64,000 nucleotides of DNA from Bacilli bacterium (GTDB taxonomy: Bacteria; Bacillota_I; Bacilli_A; RFN20; CAG-449). This document shows, piece by piece, positions 50,930 through 59,519 of this stretch; position 1 is the first letter of the stretch; each line of letters begins with the position of its first letter. The notes under the pieces were generated by a model. It made no database searches, was not told where the DNA came from, and worked only from the letters and a program-made list of their open reading frames with translations. Made by a program: the position numbers and the translations under genes. The DNA lies in assembly GCA_900755065.1 (NCBI GenBank), contig CAAEFC010000012.1, positions 198 through 64,197 on the forward strand, given 5' to 3'.

Positions 50930-51763
50930 ATGAAAAAAATCGACCGCTTTCTGAATTCGGGAAAGATACAGACTTTGAAACGCATGTTCACCCTGAGGGG
51001 AACGCACCATTTCGCGCCTTCGTCTCTGGCTTTCTTCCTGACGCTGTCGCTCATTCCCTGCCTTGTCCTGATCGAAGTCTTTCTGGGAATCGTCAATTTT
51101 TCTTTCGACCTTAACCTCAGCGTCTTTCAGGTCTTTCTTCCCGAAGAGTCTTTCGTCGTTTCCGTGAAGGAAATCATCGAAAATCTGGGAACGGGCAGCC
51201 TCTTTTCGATCGCATTCAGTTTCGGAATCATCACCTATCTGGCCTCCAAAGGCTTCACTTTTTTCACCCGGCAAGTCAGGGAAATGTACCGGGAAGCCGA
51301 CGAAGAAAAGCCGTTTTTCCAAAGGAAAATCAAAGCGATCGCCCTGACGCTTCTCATGCTTCTTCTCCTCTCGGTGCTGATCGCCTTCATCATCGTTTTC
51401 AATCGGATTTTTACATTTGAAAACCCGTTTATACGCGGGTTTTTCAACTACTTTCTGATCGTGCTGATCCTCTTCGTCTTCGTCGCCTTTCTCTATCGGA
51501 TTTCCGGCGCAAGACCCCGAAGATTTTCCGACGTCTTCTGGGGAAGCCTCTTCACGACGTTCGGAATCGGCGTCGGCATCTTCGTCTACTACCTCTACCT
51601 CCGCTACATATCCTCGGCGTTATCCTATTACGGTCCGCTGAGTTCGCTCGCCCTGCTCTTCCTGATCTGCTACTATTCGTCCTACATTCTCTTTTTCGGC
51701 GTCGAAATCAACGTTCTGCTTCTGGAAAAAAGAATGCGTTCGCCGAAACGGCGAAAACGATAA
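50930..51763 (+). CDS. YihY/BrkB family membrane protein
   Basis: ORF track, 277 aa. Six hydrophobic segments and the YihY-like pattern (APSSLAFFLTLSLIPCL..., YGPLSSLALLFL..YYSSYILFFGVEIN). Confidence 0.75.
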   Translation: MKKIDRFLNSGKIQTLKRMFTLRGTHHFAPSSLAFFLTLSLIPCLVLIEVFLGIVNFSFDLNLSVFQVFLPEESFVVSVKEIIENLGTGSLFSIAFSFGIITYLASKGFTFFTRQVREMYREADEEKPFFQRKIKAIALTLLMLLLLSVLIAFIIVFNRIFTFENPFIRGFFNYFLIVLILFVFVAFLYRISGARPRRFSDVFWGSLFTTFGIGVGIFVYYLYLRYISSALSYYGPLSSLALLFLICYYSSYILFFGVEINVLLLEKRMRSPKRRKR

Positions 51764-51797
51764 AAAAACCGCCTGTGAAAGACGGTTTCCGTAAAAA

Positions 51798-52349
51798 TCA
51801 AATCTTTTCGATCTCGGAAAACTTGACCGTGATCGGCGTGATCCGTCCGAAGAAGATCGTGTTCAGCGTTACTTCTCCGGTTTCCTGACTGATGTCTTCG
51901 ATCTTGCCTTCGACGCCCTCGAAAGACCCGGTCAGAATCCGGACGAGATCACCGACCTGATAATTGGAGTACATTTCGTTGTCCACCATGCCCATTCTTT
52001 TGAGAACCGGTTCGATCTGTTCGCGGGTAACCGGGAACGGTTTGGCGCCGCCGCCGGAAGATCCGACGAATCCGGTGACGCCCGGCGTGTTCCGGACCAT
52101 GTACCACGCCTCGTCGGTCATGATCATTTCGATGAAAATGTAACCCGGATAGAGGTTCTTCACCTTCGTTTTCCCGGTCGGCTTTCCGTCTTTGAGAACC
52201 GGAACTTCGTGTTCGGCGACGATGATGCGGAAGATATAATCCTGCAAATTCTGCGTTTCGACGCGCTTTTCCAGATTCTCCTTGACCTTATTTTCGTGGC
52301 TCGAATAGGTATTCACGACATACCATTGCTTTTCAATCTGATAATCCAT
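51798..52349 (-). CDS. nusG: Transcription termination/antitermination factor NusG
   Basis: KQWYVVNTYSSHENKVKENLE..., NGN plus KOW domains (GDLVRILTGSFEGVEGKI). Confidence 0.95.
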   Translation of the reverse strand: MDYQIEKQWYVVNTYSSHENKVKENLEKRVETQNLQDYIFRIIVAEHEVPVLKDGKPTGKTKVKNLYPGYIFIEMIMTDEAWYMVRNTPGVTGFVGSSGGGAKPFPVTREQIEPVLKRMGMVDNEMYSNYQVGDLVRILTGSFEGVEGKIEDISQETGEVTLNTIFFGRITPITVKFSEIEKI

Positions 52350-52361
52350 TGCTCATTCCTC

Positions 52362-52610
52362 CTAAAATTTCAGAAAACCGCCGATGATCCGCATCGCCGA
52401 AGAAGACGTTTCCGTGTCCGACGGGAAGGCATCGTCGAGTCCTTGCAGCAGTTTGGAGACGAGCAGATCGTCGATCATCAGGCACACCGCCGCGAACGCG
52501 ATGACGACTAACACGACGCCGACGGCCGACATCAGTTCTTTTTTCTTCGGCCAGCGGACTTTTTTTGCCTGTTTCCAGACCCCTTGAAAGTATCTTTTGA
52601 TTCTGTACAT
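52362..52610 (-). CDS. secE: Preprotein translocase subunit SecE
   Basis: KKVRWPKKKELMSAVGVVLVVIAFAAV... is typical of SecE. Position between rpmG and nusG. Confidence 0.85.
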   Translation of the reverse strand: MYRIKRYFQGVWKQAKKVRWPKKKELMSAVGVVLVVIAFAAVCLMIDDLLVSKLLQGLDDAFPSDTETSSSAMRIIGGFLKF

Positions 52611-52622
52611 GTTTTAAACCTC

Positions 52623-52772
52623 CTATTTGGACTCTTTATGCAACGTGTGCGCGTTGCATTTCGGACAGTATTTGAGAAGTTCCATTCGCTTCGTCGCCTG
52701 CTCTTTTTTCTTGGTCGTCGTGTAGTTTCTCGACAGACATTGCGTGCATATTAAAATAACTTTCTCTCTCAT
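52623..52772 (-). CDS. rpmG: 50S ribosomal protein L33
   Basis: Below the ORF-track size cutoff. Manual translation gives [49 protein letters not shown] (49 aa, CxxC...CxxC zinc-ribbon type L33). Conserved position before secE. Confidence 0.88.
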   Translation of the reverse strand: MREKVILICTQCLSRNYTTTKKKEQATKRMELLKYCPKCNAHTLHKESK

Positions 52773-52861
52773 CTCTCATCATCCTTTTTTAATAATGCCG
52801 GAAACAGCATAGCATACCTAGAAAAGATTGACAACAAATTTCCGCAAAAACTTCCGTTTTT

Positions 52862-54286
52862 TCATCGCGGTTCAATCTCGTTTTCCGGTTTTTCCGCCGG
52901 TGAAGATATTCCTTTCCGATAGATCAGAACGAAGACGCTGATTCCCATGATCAGGAAAGAAATCACCCAGGCGCACGGCGTGGAAAAACAGACAGCGAAG
53001 TAGGCTTTCCGGCTATGGATATCGGAAGGATCGACGAGCGCAGGCAACAGAAAAGCGACGATAATCCGGGCAATCAATTCGCCGATTCCGCTGAAAAACG
53101 GAATCAACGGTTTCTGAATGCCCTGCAAGACGGAACGCGCCAACTGCAACAAGCCCTGAAAGATCAGGAAAAACGCGATCACCCGAAGATAGGTCGAACT
53201 GTAATAGACGACGTCCGCTCCGACGTCCTGCGCGGGCAGAAAGAAATACGCGATATGCGGCGCGATGATCTGACAGACGATCAGGATAACGAGATAAAAT
53301 CCGACGTTGATCCGCGTCGCTTCCCGGATTCCCTCCTTGATTCTCTTTTCGTCGCGTTTTCCGTAATTCTGCGCCGTGAAATTCAGAAGAGTCGTCGCCG
53401 TCGAAGAAAGAGGAATCGACAAATAGTTTTCCATCTGCGTGTAGACGCCCTGCGCCGCCTGCGCCTCTTTTCCGAACGCGTTGACGACGCTGTTCTGCAC
53501 GAAAGTGCCGATGAACAGCACCGACCATTGAAAACCCAGCGGAAGTCCGACTTTCATCAGGTTTCCGACGGCTTTTTTATCCGCTTTGACCGCGCCTTTT
53601 TGAAGGCGGAGACAAGGAAATCTGCGGTGAAGATACACGAATGCCAGCGCGGCCGAGATCAGATTCGACAGCAGGGTCGCCACGCCGACTCCGGCCGTAT
53701 CCAGACGGAAAACGCCCGTGAAGAGAAAGGCGAAAGCGACGTTGGACAGGGTGGATACCAGCGAAATCATCAAGGCCGCGAACGAACTTCCCAGCGCGTT
53801 GAGAAGATTGCTCCCGAGATTGGAAAACATCATCAGGACGAACGAAGCCAGAATGATCCGATAGTAGGAAGACGCCTGTTCCAGATAAATCGCATCGACG
53901 TTCAGCACACGCAAAAGTTCCCGATAGGAACATAAACCGATCAGGGTGATGAGTCCGCCGATCAAAAGGGAGAGCGCGATGGAATGAACGTAGTAGGTTC
54001 GCATCTGACTCTCGTCTTTTTTTCCGAACGCATTGCCGATGAGGACGGCAAAACCGCTGCTGCACCCGTAAGCGAAATTGAAAATCAGGGACGAGATCGT
54101 CCCCGTCGCGTTGATTGCCGTAACGGCGATTCCGCCGACGGTATATTTGAGAACCAGCGAATTGATGAGCGAAAACGCGTTTTTCAACAGCGTCGTCAAC
54201 GCAATCGAAAGCGTGAACAAGAGAATCAGTTTTCTCGTTCTGCCGAGCGTGAAATCGACCGGCGCGAACAGATTCTTCCCTTTCAT
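52862..54286 (-). CDS. MATE family efflux transporter
   Basis: ORF track, 474 aa. About 12 TM segments with a typical MATE pattern. Confidence 0.8.
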   Translation of the reverse strand: MKGKNLFAPVDFTLGRTRKLILLFTLSIALTTLLKNAFSLINSLVLKYTVGGIAVTAINATGTISSLIFNFAYGCSSGFAVLIGNAFGKKDESQMRTYYVHSIALSLLIGGLITLIGLCSYRELLRVLNVDAIYLEQASSYYRIILASFVLMMFSNLGSNLLNALGSSFAALMISLVSTLSNVAFAFLFTGVFRLDTAGVGVATLLSNLISAALAFVYLHRRFPCLRLQKGAVKADKKAVGNLMKVGLPLGFQWSVLFIGTFVQNSVVNAFGKEAQAAQGVYTQMENYLSIPLSSTATTLLNFTAQNYGKRDEKRIKEGIREATRINVGFYLVILIVCQIIAPHIAYFFLPAQDVGADVVYYSSTYLRVIAFFLIFQGLLQLARSVLQGIQKPLIPFFSGIGELIARIIVAFLLPALVDPSDIHSRKAYFAVCFSTPCAWVISFLIMGISVFVLIYRKGISSPAEKPENEIEPR

Positions 54287-54308
54287 AACCGAAAACGATC
54301 AAAACAAA

Positions 54309-56030
54309 TTACAGAATGCGTTCGCCGCTGATCGGATCGAAGATCATCAGATCTTTCCAATCCAGCGTGAACACGAAGCAGTCGCCGGCATAAATCTTCT
54401 GCGTTTTGTCGAACTTGCAGACGATATCCTGCTTGTTGAAATCGAAATGCACGTGATATTCGGCACCCAGCAACTCGCTCAGCGTGGCCTGAACGACGAC
54501 CTGATTCGCTTTCAGTTCCTCGTTCCGGTACAGGCGAATATCGATTTTTTCCGGACGGATGCCGACGATCAGACGGTGTTCTTCTTTTTTCGTCGCGCCG
54601 ATGGCCATGATCATCTTTTCGCAAATCGCTTTTTCTTCGGAAAACTCGACCTTTTCTTCTTTTTTGAAACGGTCTTTGATCCGGGCATAAAGCGACTTCT
54701 TTTCTGCTTTACCGGAAGTTCTTCGCTTTTCGCCGCTGACGGCAGAAAGGATTTTCAGCACTTTTTCCGCAGAAGTTTTATCGAAACAGTCGTGTATTTC
54801 GTTGAATTCTTTCAGTTTTTCCGCGTAAAACTCGTCGTGCATCTTCTTGAACCCCCTCTGCGGTTTCAAAGTCAGATGCTCGTCGAATTGAAGCGCGGAA
54901 CCGTCGTAACGGGCTTCAAAAATGTTGATCGACGGCGAGCCGATGAATTTCGCGACGAACAGATTCTTCGGGTTTTCATAGACTTCTTCCGGCGTTCCGA
55001 TCTGCTGGATAAAGCCTCTGGACATGACGACGATCCTGGTCGCCATCGTCATCGCTTCGGTCTGATCGTGCGTGACGTAAATCGTGGTCGCGTTGATCTT
55101 ATTGTGCAGTTTGACGATCTCGCTCCGCATCGTCAGGCGCAGTTTGGCGTCGAGATTGGAAAGCGGTTCGTCCATCAGGAAAAGCGGCACGTTTTTGACG
55201 ATCGCTCTGCCCAGAGCGACCCGTTGCATCTGCCCGCCGGAAAGTTCTTTCGGCAACTTGTCCAGGTAACTGCCTAAATCCAGAATGTCCGCCGTTTCGT
55301 AAACTTTGCTCCGGATTTCGTACGGCGTCATCTTGCGATAGACGATTTTCTCTTTTCCTTCCTCGTCGATTTCGTGAAAGCGATCGTTGTATTTCAGGCC
55401 GGATTCCCGGACTTTTTCTTCTTCAACCCGTTTGATCTCGCCCGAACGCGAAAGGATTCGCCGGAGTTTTTCTTCCGCCGGTAACGTCGCATTCTCCGCG
55501 TACAGATTTTCCAGAAGTTCCGCCGCTTCGATCGTCAGATTCAGGCTGTTGGCGATGTGTTCGGTTCTCTTTTTCCGCTTGTAGTTTCCGTCGGAAAGGA
55601 CGCTGAAAACCGCGCCCGCGTCCGAAGAAGCGAAAAGGGTTTCAATCTCCTGAACCGCGTGCAGTTTCTTTTCCACGATCGGAAAAGGATATTTGTTGAT
55701 CGTAAGCGGAAAGGCGATGTTGTCGAAGACGTTCATCTGCGGATACAGCGCGTAACTCTGAAAGACGATCGCGATCTTGCGGTCTTTGCTCGGCTTATAG
55801 TTCAGCAATTCGTCTTCGAGGTAGATTTCTCCCTCCGAGACGTCTTCCAATCCGGCGATCATGCGAAGCGTCGTCGATTTGCCGCATCCGGAAGGTCCGA
55901 CGATGACGATGAATTCGTTCCGCTGAATGTCGAGATTGAAATTGTAGACCGCCTTTTCTCCGTTCGGATAAATCTTTTCCAGATTCCGGATCGAAAGGAA
56001 CGGTTGATTTTCTCTTGCTTTTTCTTCCAT
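54309..56030 (-). CDS. Carbohydrate ABC transporter ATP-binding protein (MsmX/MalK/UgpC type) with large insertions
   Basis: Walker A GPSGCGKST, Q-loop VFQSYALYP, signature LSGGQMQR, Walker B LFLMDEP and H-loop YVTHDQ. 573 aa versus about 370 typical. Confidence 0.88.
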   Translation of the reverse strand: MEEKARENQPFLSIRNLEKIYPNGEKAVYNFNLDIQRNEFIVIVGPSGCGKSTTLRMIAGLEDVSEGEIYLEDELLNYKPSKDRKIAIVFQSYALYPQMNVFDNIAFPLTINKYPFPIVEKKLHAVQEIETLFASSDAGAVFSVLSDGNYKRKKRTEHIANSLNLTIEAAELLENLYAENATLPAEEKLRRILSRSGEIKRVEEEKVRESGLKYNDRFHEIDEEGKEKIVYRKMTPYEIRSKVYETADILDLGSYLDKLPKELSGGQMQRVALGRAIVKNVPLFLMDEPLSNLDAKLRLTMRSEIVKLHNKINATTIYVTHDQTEAMTMATRIVVMSRGFIQQIGTPEEVYENPKNLFVAKFIGSPSINIFEARYDGSALQFDEHLTLKPQRGFKKMHDEFYAEKLKEFNEIHDCFDKTSAEKVLKILSAVSGEKRRTSGKAEKKSLYARIKDRFKKEEKVEFSEEKAICEKMIMAIGATKKEEHRLIVGIRPEKIDIRLYRNEELKANQVVVQATLSELLGAEYHVHFDFNKQDIVCKFDKTQKIYAGDCFVFTLDWKDLMIFDPISGERIL

Positions 56031-56040
56031 AGTAGTTCTC

Positions 56041-56967
56041 CTAACGTTTCACGCCCGTCGTCGCCAGACCGTCGATCATCCGGTTCTGCGTGGCGATGAA
56101 GATGATGATGATCGGAATCAAAGCGAAGACGCTGGTCGCCATGGCCACGCCGTTGGCTCCCCACGCCGATCCGCCCGTATAGCCGGTCAATGCGACGGTG
56201 ATCGTATTCCAGTAACTGTTTTCGCCGCTTAAAAGCAATTGCGGCCAGAGCAGATTGTTCCACCCTCCGGTGAACGTGAACAGAATCACGAGCATCATCG
56301 TCGATTTCGCTAACGGGCAGACGATCTTGAAGAAGATTTTCCGATCTCCCGCGCCGTCGCTTCTGGCGCTGTCGATGATGTCGCGCGGAATCGAGTTGAA
56401 GAAATTCCGCATCAACAGCATATTGAAAATGCCGGTGATTGACGGAACGATGATCCAGAAGTAAATCCACGCGTATTTGCCTGCGCCCGACGTGATCGAC
56501 AACGTATTGCCCAGATTCGCGTAAATCGCATAGGACGAAGCCGTGCCGATGACGCCCGGAACCGCCATCCAGAGAAGAAGGAACTTCATGAAGAAGTTTT
56601 TCCCTTTGAAATTCAGGAAGACGACCGCGTAAGCCGTCATCATGTCGACGATCAGGGTGAGAAGCACGCCGGCGAACGTCGACCACAGCGAGTTCAGCAT
56701 CCAGATCGGCATCTTGTCGATCGTGCCGTCGCGGATGATGAATCCGGTATAATGCTTCAACGTCCATTCGCTCCAACTCGAAGGAAAGATGCTCTCCGGG
56801 TGAAGTTGGAGATCGGCGTCGGATTTGAACGAAGTTCCCAGCATATACAGAAGCGGAAACGCCCAGAGGATCGAAACGATCAGAAGAACGACGAACGAGA
56901 CGATTTTCTCTTTACGCCGCGTTATTTCCGATTTCGTCCGTTTTCTTTTTTTCGTCGCCACTGCCAT
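56041..56967 (-). CDS. Carbohydrate ABC transporter permease (MalG-type)
   Basis: EAA-loop region DSARSDGAGDRKIFFKIVCPLAKS. ATG 56967 is preferred (GGTGGTGA RBS). The track start at 56979 is a GTG. Confidence 0.85.
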   Translation of the reverse strand: MAVATKKRKRTKSEITRRKEKIVSFVVLLIVSILWAFPLLYMLGTSFKSDADLQLHPESIFPSSWSEWTLKHYTGFIIRDGTIDKMPIWMLNSLWSTFAGVLLTLIVDMMTAYAVVFLNFKGKNFFMKFLLLWMAVPGVIGTASSYAIYANLGNTLSITSGAGKYAWIYFWIIVPSITGIFNMLLMRNFFNSIPRDIIDSARSDGAGDRKIFFKIVCPLAKSTMMLVILFTFTGGWNNLLWPQLLLSGENSYWNTITVALTGYTGGSAWGANGVAMATSVFALIPIIIIFIATQNRMIDGLATTGVKR

Positions 56968-56968
56968 G

Positions 56969-58003
56969 CTATTCACCACCCCGTCCCAGTCCGGCTTTTG
57001 AAGAAGCGAGGAACTGCTTTTCTTTTACGTAATGCCTGTATTCGTCCGTCCGGAAGGAACGGTGTCTTCTTTCCGCCATGACGCGCCGTTCCAGCACGCT
57101 GAAAGCCATCACGATCAGACCGAACACCACCGCGCAGGCGCAGATGAATCCGGTCTGCGAAGCGTAATTGATCGAAGACAGCCATTTCTGAATGAACATC
57201 ATCGGCGAAACCAGTTCGCTCGCGTTTTCGATCTCGTTCAGAACGACCGGCTGTCCGTACAGATTCAGATACCCGATCAGGGAATTGAAAAGGCAGATGC
57301 CGATCGACGCCTTGATGTTGGGAAGCGTGACGAAACGGATCAGTTTCATTCGGTTTCCGCCGTCCATTTCGCAGGCTTCGTACAACGATTTCGGGACATC
57401 GCGCAAAGCGCCGGTGAAGATGACGAAATTCGTTCCCGTCTGCCACCAGATCGAAGCGATCAGCATGACGAGCCAACGGAGAAAATCGCCGTCGAACGGC
57501 TTGCCCGAAAGCCACTTGATCTCAGTGCCGAACCACGCGTTGATCAAACCCGAACTGTCTCCGGCAAACATATTTCCGAAGATGATGCCGACGATCGTGA
57601 TCGATACGACGCTGGGAAGGTAGATGATCGCGCGGAACAACTTGTATCCCGGCGGTTTCATGTTCATGAAGTAAGCCAGTACCAGCGGAATGACGATGAT
57701 GCAGGGGACGGCCGCCAGATCGAACAGGAGCATCGTCGCAAACGACTTCCAGAACTGACGGGAAACGCTTAAATCGAAATTGAAGAGATTCCGGTAATTG
57801 GTCAGCCCGATAAACGCATTGTTCGTTCCGTCGTACGGGTTGTATTTCATGAAAGACATCAGGAAACCCATCACGAACGGAATCAAGGTAAAAAGGACGA
57901 AAACGATGACGTACGGGCTGATTAAAGCAAAAGCAAGAAGGGCTTGCCTTCTCTTGCTCTTGTTCATTTCCTTTTTCCTGACGTTCACACCCTGACTCGC
58001 CAT
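56969..58003 (-). CDS. Carbohydrate ABC transporter permease (MalF-type)
   Basis: EAA-loop ACEMDGGNRMKLIRFVTLPNIK. The start is uncertain: 58003, or the internal MNKSK 36 nt downstream. Confidence 0.85.
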   Translation of the reverse strand: MASQGVNVRKKEMNKSKRRQALLAFALISPYVIVFVLFTLIPFVMGFLMSFMKYNPYDGTNNAFIGLTNYRNLFNFDLSVSRQFWKSFATMLLFDLAAVPCIIVIPLVLAYFMNMKPPGYKLFRAIIYLPSVVSITIVGIIFGNMFAGDSSGLINAWFGTEIKWLSGKPFDGDFLRWLVMLIASIWWQTGTNFVIFTGALRDVPKSLYEACEMDGGNRMKLIRFVTLPNIKASIGICLFNSLIGYLNLYGQPVVLNEIENASELVSPMMFIQKWLSSINYASQTGFICACAVVFGLIVMAFSVLERRVMAERRHRSFRTDEYRHYVKEKQFLASSKAGLGRGGE

Positions 58004-58006
58004 ACC

Positions 58007-59497
58007 TTACATCTCTAAGAAATCGATGACCGCATTGACCGCGTCCGCCGCGTCTTTGATGATCTTGTCGTCATTCGCCGCGTTGTTGCTGTTTCTTACC
58101 GAAGAGAACAGCGAAGTGATCTGAGCAAACGTATCTTCGTAGTACGGCGTGTTTCCCGGACATTCAAAGGAGTTGATATCCGGATAGAACTGCGTGATGT
58201 AGTTCTCCACATAATCGTTGCTGAGATAGGTGTTGTCGTTGCCGACGATCGTCGAAGCGCTGATATGGCCGGCTTCCGCCCAGGCGGTGCCGACGGAGGC
58301 GTCTTGCGTAAACCATTTCATAAATTCGAGAATCGCCGCTTTCTTGTTGATCGAACGAACCGTTTTACTCATCGCGAAGAAGTGGGAATCCCCGAAAATC
58401 TTGCTTCCGTCGGCGGACGAACTCAACGCGAACCAGTTGGAAAGCGAAGTTCCTCCGATCCGGTCCGACATCACCGCCGCGGTGGAAAGACCGCCGTTCT
58501 GCGAACCATAAGCCTCGAAGATCGACGTGCTGTTCCACGGCATACCGACGAGGAAAAGCGCCTTGTTGCCCAGAAAGTTGTTGAGCGCCGCCGATTCGGA
58601 CATCGTGTAGGAAGCCAAGGCAGGCGTATGAGTGGTCAGATCGCGGATCGACTGGATTCCGGCCTTGAAAGCCGCGCGGTTGGTTTCGTCGCTGTACCAG
58701 TCCGCCCGGTAGGTATCGTTGTAAAAATGCCCGCCGTTCTGCACGATCGCCGTCGGAAAGACGTACATCGAGAAGAAGTCCAGCGAAGTATCCCATGCGA
58801 TCGGAAGAATGTTTTCTCCTTGCGCCACTTTATCGCAGAGTTCGATCAGTTCTTCGTGGTTCGTCGGAAGAATTCCGCCGTATTTGTCCAGCAATTGCTT
58901 ATTGTAATAGACCACTTCGCTCTGCGCGTCGATCGGCACGCCGAAGGTGTATCCGTCGTAATCCAGAGAGGAATATTTCGCCAATCCCGACGCGTAATCG
59001 TTCATCGAAATTTCGATTCCCGAGGCTTCCATCGCCTCGTCGAACGGCTGAATCAGTTTGTTTTTCACAAAGGATTTATGCCCTTTCTGATGCGACATCA
59101 GAAGGTCAGGCGCATTGGAATTGTTGGCGATCTGCTGAGCGACCGTGCTTTCGTAGGTCGACTGGTTGACCGAAGTAACGCTGACGTTGATTTTTCCGCG
59201 ATATTCCGCGTTGAATTCCGAAATCAGTTGGTTGAACGCGGCCAGATCTTCGCCGTTGACGACGGTCGTCAACGAGATGTCCACGTCCTCAAACACCACT
59301 TCTCCGTTTTCTTTCTGCAACGTTCCGGTCGTACTCCACCAGGCGTCCTTGATTTCGGTCTTTCCGCTACTGGAATCCTGAACGGAATCCCCCCCGGAAG
59401 AAGGATCAGCGCTCGTAGAAGGATCTTTCTTGCCTCCGCACGAAGAAAGCATCAGAAGGCTTAAAGCCGCTACGCAAAGTTTTTTGTATTTTTTCAT
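58007..59497 (-). CDS. Carbohydrate ABC transporter solute-binding lipoprotein
   Basis: Lipobox LLMLSSCGG and a family-1 SBP pattern. It lies immediately upstream of the two permeases. Confidence 0.82.
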   Translation of the reverse strand: MKKYKKLCVAALSLLMLSSCGGKKDPSTSADPSSGGDSVQDSSSGKTEIKDAWWSTTGTLQKENGEVVFEDVDISLTTVVNGEDLAAFNQLISEFNAEYRGKINVSVTSVNQSTYESTVAQQIANNSNAPDLLMSHQKGHKSFVKNKLIQPFDEAMEASGIEISMNDYASGLAKYSSLDYDGYTFGVPIDAQSEVVYYNKQLLDKYGGILPTNHEELIELCDKVAQGENILPIAWDTSLDFFSMYVFPTAIVQNGGHFYNDTYRADWYSDETNRAAFKAGIQSIRDLTTHTPALASYTMSESAALNNFLGNKALFLVGMPWNSTSIFEAYGSQNGGLSTAAVMSDRIGGTSLSNWFALSSSADGSKIFGDSHFFAMSKTVRSINKKAAILEFMKWFTQDASVGTAWAEAGHISASTIVGNDNTYLSNDYVENYITQFYPDINSFECPGNTPYYEDTFAQITSLFSSVRNSNNAANDDKIIKDAADAVNAVIDFLEM

Positions 59498-59519
59498 CTT
59501 GATTTTCTCCTTTCCGGCG

